Part shown: positions 1 to 6,689 of the stretch, one piece after another | Layout of the letters: the number at the start of each line of letters is the position of its first letter | Numbering within the stretch: the first letter of the stretch is position 1 | Source: a virus | DNA: 48,617 nucleotides | UHGV virus genome: UHGV-1497260 | Direction: 5' to 3' (one strand) | Position numbers and translations under genes: made by a program | The notes under the pieces: model-generated | What the model saw: the letters and a program-made list of their open reading frames with translations, nothing else | Told to the model about the DNA's origin: nothing | Database searches by the model: none

Positions 1-58
1 GATGACCTTTGACCCTTAAAATGATGACCTTTGACCCTTAAAATGATGACCTTTCATC
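1..58. repeat. iteron array: 22-bp unit GATGACCTTTGACCCTTAAAAT, two full copies plus a diverged third copy; continues the array at the window end
   Basis: identical 22-mers at 1-22 and 23-44, and a partial diverged copy at 45-58; the same unit occurs at 48529-48617. Confidence 0.9.
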
Positions 59-59
59 T

Positions 60-266
60 CTGAAACCTAGATATACCAATTATTATAGCTTGTCTAAAAA
101 CTATTAAAGACTTTAAAAACTGTTTTAAAAACTATTAAAGACTAGAAAAGATGTTCTGAACTATTCTTTTTTTATATTAAAAAACTTTAGTATTTATTTT
201 TCTAGTATACTTTAAACACTTACTAAAAATAATTTCTTATAAAAGATTGGAGATGAAGAATTTTTT
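60..266. promoter_or_regulatory. AT-rich region beside the iterons (candidate DNA unwinding element) with 17-bp direct repeats AAAAACTATTAAAGACT at 96-112 and 127-143
   Basis: sequence reading; iteron + AT-rich stretch + initiator is the usual theta-origin layout. Confidence 0.5.
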
Positions 267-956
267 ATGCTTGAAAACAGAAAACAAATTCAGAAAGAAA
301 TTTACTTACCAATAGCAACATATTGTTTAAAAGATAAGCAATATTATATAAAAGAATATGGAGCACTATTAATAAAGAGTGCTGAAAATAGTGACATTTT
401 TAATACCCATAAAAATAGAATTTTGTATAAGAATAAACTTGATATTCAAGAAATAGCAAATGAACTGAATGTAAATAAAGCAACAATCCAAAGAAATATA
501 AAAAAACTAGAGAAGTTAGATTTTAAAATTCTAAAAATAGAAAATACCCTAAATGGAATTGTATATTGTTTGCCGTCAGAAAATAATATTGATTTAAACA
601 AATTTGCATTGATAAATTATGAAATGCTTAAAAAAATAGTCAATAAATTTAAATCAAATACAATAAAAGTATATTTTTTACTTAAAACAATCACTACAGA
701 AACTAATTTTAAACCTGCAACTAATAGTTTTATAGCAGAAAATATAGGACTAAGTTCTAAAAGTAAAAATAATTTAGATATCATAACTTCTTCTGTTAAA
801 ACTTTAGAAGAAAATAAATACATTGAAACAAAAAAAGTAAATGTATATGAATATGACAAAGAAAAACTTAGAGAAGTTCCAAAAATAAGAAAAGTTTATC
901 GGATTTGTAATTTTGATGAGTGGAAAAAGGAAATTGATAAAAATAAAGTTTATTAA
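267..956 (+). CDS. DNA-binding protein with two tandem winged-helix/HTH-like segments; possible replication or regulatory protein next to the origin
   Basis: HTH-like segment IQEIANELNVNKATIQRNIKKLEKL and a second similar segment in the C-terminal half; sits between the iterons and the BlaI-like gene. Confidence 0.4.
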   Translation: MLENRKQIQKEIYLPIATYCLKDKQYYIKEYGALLIKSAENSDIFNTHKNRILYKNKLDIQEIANELNVNKATIQRNIKKLEKLDFKILKIENTLNGIVYCLPSENNIDLNKFALINYEMLKKIVNKFKSNTIKVYFLLKTITTETNFKPATNSFIAENIGLSSKSKNNLDIITSSVKTLEENKYIETKKVNVYEYDKEKLREVPKIRKVYRICNFDEWKKEIDKNKVY

Positions 957-1104
957 ATATAGCTTAAAAGCATTTAAAGGCTTGTCTGACACGTTTTAAT
1001 TGCAAACTTGATATTATTTACCTAAAAAGATACAAATTTGCTTAAAAATGGAAATAGAAGGTCAAATATAAAAATAGAGAACCAAATAAAATTATATTGG
1101 CTCT

Positions 1105-1488
1105 CTATTTATCTTCTTCCCAATCCTCAATAAACTTTTCTAAACTTTTTAATTTATTTGCAGATATTTCTTCATCATCATGTAATGCACTTATAAAACT
1201 TTCAAAGGAATTTCTGTGAAAGAAACTAAAGAAACTTTTAGTTTCAACTTTTAAATATTCTTCTTTTTCTATTAATGCTTTATAATATGTAAATCTATCT
1301 TTCTTAACAACTTCTAAAAATCCTCTACCAACTAACCTTCTTAAAAAAGTTAACATAGTTGATTTTTTCCATTCATATTTTTCACCTAATGTTTTTAAAA
1401 TTTCAGTAGATGCAACTTCTTCATCTTCACTATCCCAAATGTACATCATTACCAAAAGTTCTGATTCTGGAATCTTTTTTATCTTCAT
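1105..1488 (-). CDS. BlaI/MecI/CopY-family winged-helix transcriptional repressor
   Basis: segments ELLVMMYIWDSEDEEVASTEILKTL...EWKKSTMLTFLRRLVGRGFLEVVKKDRFTYYKALIEKEEYL match the penicillinase-repressor fold; the second in-frame Met has an AAAGGTGG ribosome-binding site, so start is placed at 1488. Confidence 0.7.
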   Translation of the reverse strand: MKIKKIPESELLVMMYIWDSEDEEVASTEILKTLGEKYEWKKSTMLTFLRRLVGRGFLEVVKKDRFTYYKALIEKEEYLKVETKSFFSFFHRNSFESFISALHDDEEISANKLKSLEKFIEDWEEDK

Positions 1489-1698
1489 AAAGCACACCAC
1501 CTTTTCAAAAGTATAACTAAAATACTATAACAATAGAGTTAACTATACAATACTAAATGTCTAAAAATGTTATTCCAATTTTTACCAATTAATTTTTCTT
1601 TAAAAAAAATTTAAGCAGGAGTAAAAAAAAATAAAAAATTATCAAAATTTATCAATATAAAAAGAAATATAAGTATAAATTTTTCTCTTTGTATATTG

Positions 1699-1801
1699 AT
1701 TGTATACAATTCTATTTTTGTAAAATTAAATTTTACAAAATAATCAAAAATGGTAAATTTTGACATTTGCCTAATGTCAAATTAGGTGTTACAATTGTAA
1801 C
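1699..1801. promoter_or_regulatory. cluster of four distinct perfect palindromes: ATTGTATACAAT (1699-1710), TTTTGTAAAATT-A-AATTTTACAAAA (1716-1740), TTTGACATT-5-AATGTCAAA (1759-1781), GTTACAATTGTAAC (1788-1801)
   Basis: sequence reading; lies in a 750-bp non-coding gap between the BlaI-like gene and the first XRE module; the TGTA/TACA cores recall BlaI/CopY half-sites. Confidence 0.6.
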
Positions 1802-2074
1802 ATAAAGAAGATATATATCGAAATAATACATATAAAATACATATAAAACTACGTACGTAAAATATTTTTAAAAATAATCAAAAATCTTAATTTTCAATAT
1901 TGAATACAATTAAATTTTCAAACTCATCTAGGGCATGACATACAAAAGCAAAAAACATTAATTTAGTATCTGATAAAAATTTAAAAATTATAAAAGGGGG
2001 AAGTCTGTTATTTTTCAGAAGCAATGTAACTGTAAAAATATAAATCAGAATATTTTGAAAATATGGGGGATTCT

Positions 2075-2230
2075 ATGGGAGAATTAAAACTTGAATCAAA
2101 AATGAATTGCACTAAAAATAAGAAAAAAGTTGCTATATCTATACATCAAATGAAAAAAATTTCTAAAAAAGATTATGTTTTTTTAACAGATTGCATAGAA
2201 ACATTTTATATGAAAATAAAAGAGGTTTGA
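2075..2230 (+). CDS. small hypothetical protein (51 aa)
   Basis: GGGGGA ribosome-binding site 5 nt upstream of the ATG; ends 2230 and is followed by a hairpin terminator. Confidence 0.3.
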   Translation: MGELKLESKMNCTKNKKKVAISIHQMKKISKKDYVFLTDCIETFYMKIKEV

Positions 2231-2252
2231 TAAATTTTCAAACCTCTTTTTA
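2219..2252. terminator. bidirectional intrinsic terminator: AAGAGGTTTGA-taaatt-TCAAACCTCTT with A-run before and T-run after
   Basis: hairpin plus flanking A/T runs, placed between the plus-strand small ORF and the minus-strand XRE gene. Confidence 0.7.
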
Positions 2253-2255
2253 TTG

Positions 2256-2624
2256 CTATTTGTTTTTCTTTTGCAATAATTCTATCATTTTCAAGATAGC
2301 ATCTCTATCTTCTTGTTCTAATTCATAAAGTTTGTTAGTTATTTCTTTTACATCATCATCAATTTCTAAGTCAGCTAAACAATCTTTATAAATTTCACCT
2401 TTTCCACTTCTTAGCCATTCCTCATTTACTTCAAATTCTCTGCATATGTCGTTAATACTTCTTTCTGTCAAAACTCTTTTTCCTTTTTCCAATAAAGAAA
2501 TTTGATCTTGTGATAAGAAAATTCTTTCCCCAAACGCTCTCTGCGAAAGTCTTTCAAGAGTTCTTAACTCATTTAATCTTTTTCCAATTTCTTTAGCTTT
2601 TAATTCTTTTGAAACTTCTGCCAT
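2256..2624 (-). CDS. XRE-family HTH repressor (CI-like), copy 1
   Basis: HTH segment LSQRAFGERIFLSQDQISLLEKGKR; paralogue of 3258-3632 (ICREFEVNEEWL vs ICREFNVNEQWL); divergent from a small plus-strand gene. Confidence 0.85.
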   Translation of the reverse strand: MAEVSKELKAKEIGKRLNELRTLERLSQRAFGERIFLSQDQISLLEKGKRVLTERSINDICREFEVNEEWLRSGKGEIYKDCLADLEIDDDVKEITNKLYELEQEDRDAILKMIELLQKKNK

Positions 2625-2640
2625 TTTTACAATCCTCCTC

Positions 2641-2785
2641 TGTCATTACTATACTATAAAAACACGACTTTGTCATTAAAAAAATAATTATGACGACAAA
2701 ATCATGACAAAAATAAAAAAGATATTGATTTTTAACGACAAAGTAGTTATACTTAAAATAAGTTGAACGACAAAGTAAGTGTAGG
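2641..2785. promoter_or_regulatory. operator/promoter region of switch 1 with repeated ACGACAAAGT words
   Basis: direct copies at 2736-2745 and 2768-2777, an inverted copy ACGACTTTGTCATT near 2665-2678 and ATGACGACAAAATCATGACAAAA at 2691-2713. Confidence 0.6.
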
Positions 2786-2795
2786 AGGATAAAAA

Positions 2796-2957
2796 ATGAT
2801 TTGTTCAAACAAAGAGAAAGTAGAAACAGCTTTGATGATAGATTATTTAAAAAAAAATGAACCAACTGAATGGAGAACTATAGAAACCATAATCTCCAGT
2901 ACATACGCATTAAGTAATTTCAAAAAAGAAAATAAAGACATTATGAATCAGAAATAA
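2796..2957 (+). CDS. small Cro-position protein (53 aa) divergent from XRE repressor 1
   Basis: strong ribosome-binding site GTAGGAGGAT 6 nt before the ATG; divergent arrangement with the repressor. Confidence 0.5.
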   Translation: MICSNKEKVETALMIDYLKKNEPTEWRTIETIISSTYALSNFKKENKDIMNQK

Positions 2958-2988
2958 CAACAGTAAATACTTAAGGGGAGTGATAAGC

Positions 2989-3696
2989 TTGAAAATTTCA
3001 GATTTTAATAAAGATCATATAGGTAAAGCGATTCAACTACAAGAGACAAGATTTAATGTCATAACGGATTGCATCATCACAGAAGTAGAAGTAGGCGAAA
3101 TTGTTGTAATGTTTTACATGCAAGAAAATGATGACACAGGATACAAGGCTATAACATGGGAAGATTTAAAAAATTATATCATAAATGGCAAAGGGAAGAG
3201 GCATTATAGGATTTTTGTGGCTTGGGGGATTGTTATAAAAAGAGGTATAACCTCTTTTTATAACTCTTCATTTTTGATTTTTAGATATGCATTGTCAATT
3301 ATTTTTTCTATCGCTTCTCTATCTTCATCTTCCAATGCAAATATCTTTTTTATCATAGTTTTTATTTCTTCACTAGTTTCTAAATCTTCTGTAATGTCAA
3401 CGAACATTTCACCTTCTCCATGCAATAACCATTGTTCATTTACATTAAATTCTCTACAAATATCATTTATGGTTCTTTGTGGTATCTTTCTATGCCCTGT
3501 TTCATATGAAGAGATTTGCGAAAGAGACAAACCTAATTTTTTGCCAAAATCTTTTTGTTTTAATTTCTTTGAAAGCCTTATATCTTTAAGTCGTTGTCTT
3601 CTTTCATTATCTTCTAAGTTTTGTTTTTCCATAACGTCACCCCTTATGAGTATAATTATAACATTTAAAAATACGCTTTGCAATTACAAATTTTAA
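2989..3696 (+). CDS. small conserved phage protein P1 (paralogue of 3966-4172); N-terminal ~85 aa supported, 3-prime end uncertain because the frame stays open across the antisense of XRE2
   Basis: IGKAIQLQETRFNVITDCIITEVEVGEIVVMFYMQE aligns with IGTAVQLQDIRFDTKVDCIITKVEKNEILVMYYEKE of the 3966 ORF; TTG start with AAGGGGAG ribosome-binding site as in the paralogue; segment KNYIINGKGKRHYRIFVAWG resembles the C-terminus of the 4201 initiator. Confidence 0.4.
   Translation: MKISDFNKDHIGKAIQLQETRFNVITDCIITEVEVGEIVVMFYMQENDDTGYKAITWEDLKNYIINGKGKRHYRIFVAWGIVIKRGITSFYNSSFLIFRYALSIIFSIASLSSSSNANIFFIIVFISSLVSKSSVMSTNISPSPCNNHCSFTLNSLQISFMVLCGIFLCPVSYEEICERDKPNFLPKSFCFNFFESLISLSRCLLSLSSKFCFSITSPLMSIIITFKNTLCNYKF
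3258..3632 (-). CDS. XRE-family HTH repressor (CI-like), copy 2
   Basis: HTH segment LKQKDFGKKLGLSLSQISSYETGHRKIP; start MEKQ with AAGGGGTGA ribosome-binding site; paralogue of 2256-2624. Confidence 0.85.
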   Translation of the reverse strand: MEKQNLEDNERRQRLKDIRLSKKLKQKDFGKKLGLSLSQISSYETGHRKIPQRTINDICREFNVNEQWLLHGEGEMFVDITEDLETSEEIKTMIKKIFALEDEDREAIEKIIDNAYLKIKNEEL

Positions 3697-3770
3697 AAAA
3701 ATACGCAAAATAAAATAAAAACTCAAAGCGTATTGACATAGTATGCAAAGCGTAATATAATTGAATCACA
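3690..3770. promoter_or_regulatory. operator/promoter region of switch 2: CAAAGCGTA words at three sites overlapping a consensus TTGACA-17-TATAAT promoter
   Basis: ATACGCTTTGCAA, CAAAGCGTATTGACA and GCAAAGCGTAATATAAT read directly; one operator word lies in the promoter spacer. Confidence 0.65.
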
Positions 3771-3785
3771 GGAAGGAGTGTTAGA

Positions 3786-3962
3786 ATGAATCAAGAAAAA
3801 GAAAAAGCGAATGATTTGTTATTAAAACTTGAACTTCTTAAAAAGATAAACCCACAAGAGTTTGGATACATAAGCGGAAGAATAGACGTAAATATTGAGA
3901 AGTTAAAACAAGAAACCGAAAGAAATAAAAGCAAAAAAATAAGATATAGGAAGGGGGCTTAA
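3786..3962 (+). CDS. small Cro-position protein (58 aa) divergent from XRE repressor 2
   Basis: ribosome-binding site AGGAAGGAG; sits downstream of the consensus promoter. Confidence 0.45.
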   Translation: MNQEKEKANDLLLKLELLKKINPQEFGYISGRIDVNIEKLKQETERNKSKKIRYRKGA

Positions 3963-3965
3963 AAA

Positions 3966-4172
3966 TTGACTTTTAATAAAAATCAAATAGGAACAGCAGT
4001 TCAATTACAAGATATAAGGTTTGATACAAAAGTTGATTGCATCATTACAAAAGTAGAAAAGAATGAAATACTAGTCATGTATTATGAAAAAGAAACAGAG
4101 GAAATAGCATATAAAACTTTGACTAAAGAGGATCTAATACTTGATGATTACAAACTTAAGTTATTATATTAA
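3966..4172 (+). CDS. small conserved phage protein P2 (68 aa), paralogue of the 2989 ORF N-terminus
   Basis: TTG start with GGAAGGGGG ribosome-binding site; paralogy read directly. Confidence 0.5.
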   Translation: MTFNKNQIGTAVQLQDIRFDTKVDCIITKVEKNEILVMYYEKETEEIAYKTLTKEDLILDDYKLKLLY

Positions 4173-4200
4173 AAAGTAATTTCGGAAGGGAGGTGATTAA

Positions 4201-4920
4201 ATGGATCTTTTGAAAGATGCAAGAAAAAAAGAATGGTTTTGGCTGGAAAATGATTTGGTGGATAGAGAGGATCTAAGTGTTTACGAAAAAATGGCTTATA
4301 TGGTAATGGCAAGATATTCAGATGATGAAAGTTCTTGTTTCCCAAGTTTATCATTAATATCCAAGAAAATGGGATGCGGAATAACGACTGTCAAAAAAAC
4401 AATAAATAGTTTAGAAGAAAAAAATTTAATAATAAAAGTACATCGCAAGGTTAAAAACAAAAAGGAAAATGATACAAATGTTTATTACATTATGAGTTTG
4501 AAAGGTAAGTCGTCTGGCGACATAGGTCATGAGGCGACAGACGGTAGGTCGCCATACGACCAACAGGTAGGTCGCGAGGCGACTAGTAAAAAGACTTATA
4601 ATAAAAAGACTTATATAAAAAGTAATACCACTACACAAAAAGAATCTAAAACTTATTTAGACCTATCATTTTTAGATTTAGATATAGAAAAAGTAAAACT
4701 AACTAAAGATGAATATGACAAACTTATAAGCAAGTTTGGAAAGAAATACATACATGATAAAATTGTTAGTTTAGAAAACTATATCGTAAATGGTAAAGGG
4801 AGTAGATATAAGAGTCATTACAGAGCTTTGTTGACTTGGGGGAATGGAGATGCTAGTAAAGGTATAGTACCAGAAGTTACAAAGACTAAGAATCCTCTTA
4901 GTGGATTTAAAGAACTTTAA
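4201..4920 (+). CDS. phage replication initiator / replisome organizer (DnaD-like, N-terminal winged-helix)
   Basis: segment WFWLENDLVDREDLSVYEKMAYMVMARYSDDESSCFPSLSLISKKMGCGITTVKKTINSLEEKNLI is typical of firmicute phage initiator N-termini; C-terminal NYIVNGKG..ALLTWG motif; immediately upstream of the helicase. Confidence 0.65.
   Translation: MDLLKDARKKEWFWLENDLVDREDLSVYEKMAYMVMARYSDDESSCFPSLSLISKKMGCGITTVKKTINSLEEKNLIIKVHRKVKNKKENDTNVYYIMSLKGKSSGDIGHEATDGRSPYDQQVGREATSKKTYNKKTYIKSNTTTQKESKTYLDLSFLDLDIEKVKLTKDEYDKLISKFGKKYIHDKIVSLENYIVNGKGSRYKSHYRALLTWGNGDASKGIVPEVTKTKNPLSGFKEL
4505..4586. repeat. GC-rich island of direct and inverted repeats inside the initiator gene (GGTAGGTCGC x2, GAGGCGAC x2, GGCGAC/GTCGCC inverted); candidate phage origin
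   Basis: roughly 60% GC in a ~28% GC genome; repeats read directly; analogous to the lambda origin lying inside its O gene. Confidence 0.55.
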
Positions 4921-4947
4921 AAACTAAATAGTAAGGAGGTAGATAGG

Positions 4948-5133
4948 ATGAATGAAAAAGAAGAGACTGTTTATTTGAATAGTTCTAATGTGAAGTTATT
5001 CTTAGGTGTTAGGGATATTAAGGAATTTGAGGAATTGATAGAAAATGTCAATGAGCGAATTTGTCAACTCCAAGAATCGATTAATAAACTTGCCCAATTT
5101 AATATTGAGTTCGAGATTAAGTCAGATATTTAG
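4948..5133 (+). CDS. hypothetical protein
   Basis: ORF with AAGGAGG ribosome-binding site. Confidence 0.4.
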   Translation: MNEKEETVYLNSSNVKLFLGVRDIKEFEELIENVNERICQLQESINKLAQFNIEFEIKSDI

Positions 5134-5159
5134 TTAAGTATAAATTAGGAGGATTGTTT

Positions 5160-5378
5160 ATGGCAGATAAAACTGTAGAACTTACTGAAAAGGATTTGCA
5201 CTGCATTGCAAGGCATTTGCAAAATGAAGTGTTAGAGATAGCATTTAGAGGAAACAGAGAAGCCCCTACATCTTGTGAAGTTTGCGATTACTTCGAAGAA
5301 TGCAAGGACTATTTCACCCATATAGACACTTTTATAAAATTAAGTGAAATGACAGGTGTAGATATTTTTACTAAATAA
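5160..5378 (+). CDS. small conserved protein A1 of the duplicated cassette (unknown function)
   Basis: about 80% identical over the first 50 aa to A2 at 5772-6032 (ELTEKDLHCIARHLQNEVLEIAFRGNREAPTSCEVCDY); AGGAGG ribosome-binding site. Confidence 0.55.
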   Translation: MADKTVELTEKDLHCIARHLQNEVLEIAFRGNREAPTSCEVCDYFEECKDYFTHIDTFIKLSEMTGVDIFTK

Positions 5379-5396
5379 ATTTAGTAAATTAAAATT

Positions 5397-5603
5397 TTAG
5401 TATTGTAATTGACGTGCTTTTTTAAAAAGAGGACAGTTGCTATTAGCAGTCATTATTTGAATTTTGCAAATGTAATTTTTATTACATTCGCACTCTAAAA
5501 GTTTTGATCCAGCGAATCCAGGAAAAGTTTTATATTCACCAGAAAATTCAACTTTATCGTCAATAAGAGAGCATTTTTCTCTTAAGGTTTTAATTTTGCA
5601 CAT
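5397..5603 (-). CDS. small Cys-rich protein B1 of the duplicated cassette (unknown function)
   Basis: paralogue of B2 (PGFAGSKLLECEC vs PGTFGSKLMSTRC, shared CP[LI]xKK); GGGTGGTG ribosome-binding site; convergent with A1. Confidence 0.5.
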   Translation of the reverse strand: MCKIKTLREKCSLIDDKVEFSGEYKTFPGFAGSKLLECECNKNYICKIQIMTANSNCPLFKKARQLQY

Positions 5604-5617
5604 ATTCATCACCACCC

Positions 5618-5662
5618 TATAATTAATTTGAACATACTGCCAATATGCTCAAATTAATTATA
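5618..5662. promoter_or_regulatory. 19-bp-arm inverted repeat TATAATTAATTTGAACATA-7-TATGCTCAAATTAATTATA between the B1 promoter and start codon
   Basis: 18 of 19 positions symmetric; a second copy at 6229-6271 with symmetric variation. Confidence 0.7.
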
Positions 5663-5771
5663 ACATGCAAATTATCATGGTGTAGAATTAAAGCATAGGT
5701 CAATTAAATTTAGTTATAAAATCAATGAAACAGATAAATAATTAAATGTTAAATAAATTAGGGGGTTGTTC

Positions 5772-6032
5772 ATGAAAGAGGAAAAGTTAGAACTTACTGA
5801 AAAAGAATTGCATTGTATTGCAAGACATTTGCAAAATGAAGTTATGGAGATGGTATTTAGAGGGAATAGAGAAGCCCCCACATCATGTGAAGTTTGCGAT
5901 TACCTGCAAGAATGTGAGGGAGATTTTACCTGTATGTATCATTCTTTTACTAAATTAAGCAAAATAACAGGTGTAAAAGTGACTGCATTTAAGTATTGTT
6001 TTCCAGATGAAAATCCCAAAGCTACTATCTAA
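5772..6032 (+). CDS. small conserved protein A2 (paralogue of A1)
   Basis: paralogy read directly; GGGGG ribosome-binding site. Confidence 0.55.
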   Translation: MKEEKLELTEKELHCIARHLQNEVMEMVFRGNREAPTSCEVCDYLQECEGDFTCMYHSFTKLSKITGVKVTAFKYCFPDENPKATI

Positions 6033-6213
6033 GAAGTTTTTTTAGAATAGGACATTCTTCATTAGAAGAAGAGTCGCAAATATGACTTCCATCACATCTA
6101 GTTGACATTAACTTAGATCCAAAAGTACCTGGAGGAGCTGAATATTCGCAAGTAAGAGAAATGGTTTCGTTTATTACAGGACATTCTTTGCTTATAACTC
6201 GATATTGGCTCAT
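6025..6213 (-). CDS. small Cys-rich protein B2 (paralogue of B1)
   Basis: AAGTGGTGAGAG ribosome-binding site; 3-prime end overlaps A2 by 8 bp (convergent). Confidence 0.5.
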   Translation of the reverse strand: MSQYRVISKECPVINETISLTCEYSAPPGTFGSKLMSTRCDGSHICDSSSNEECPILKKLLR

Positions 6214-6228
6214 ACTCTCACCACTTTT

Positions 6229-6271
6229 CTAATTAATTTAAACATATTGGAAGTATGTTTAAATTAATTAT
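6229..6271. promoter_or_regulatory. perfect 17-bp-arm inverted repeat TAATTAATTTAAACATA-7-TATGTTTAAATTAATTA upstream of B2
   Basis: perfect dyad; differs from the module 1 dyad by a G-to-A change present in both arms. Confidence 0.7.
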
Positions 6272-6350
6272 AGCATGTAAATTATCATGGTGTAGAATAG
6301 TTTCAAATCAAAAGAAGCAACTAAATAGTTAAAGACAGGAGGTATGCTAA

Positions 6351-6668
6351 GTGGAAAGAAAAAAACATGAACTTACAGATCAAGATATACAAAGACTTAT
6401 TGAAGGATTAAGAACTGATCCAAAAATAAGAGAAATGATATTTGAAAGTAAAGGTTGTGAAACTAGAACAAGTACAAGAAGTAAATGCGAACAATTTGTT
6501 GAAGAAAAACTTGCTTATAGAAGTTATGGATTTGAAACTCCAAAATACTATGCAAAACTTATTGCCGACATAATTGATATTTTAGTTTACAAAAATGTTC
6601 CAAGAGATCGTATTTGTGGGGTATTGTATGACGTCGAAAGGGTGATTCCTTTAGTTGTGACATTTTAA
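6351..6668 (+). CDS. hypothetical protein upstream of the helicase
   Basis: ORF with GGAGG ribosome-binding site; no recognizable motif. Confidence 0.4.
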   Translation: MERKKHELTDQDIQRLIEGLRTDPKIREMIFESKGCETRTSTRSKCEQFVEEKLAYRSYGFETPKYYAKLIADIIDILVYKNVPRDRICGVLYDVERVIPLVVTF

Positions 6669-6689
6669 TAATAAGCTGGGGGTGATTAA

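Noticed and set aside
617-992. Minus-strand ORFs (617-859, 804-992) overlapping the 267-956 gene
   Set aside because: Phe/Ile/Leu-rich antisense artefacts of an AT-rich gene.
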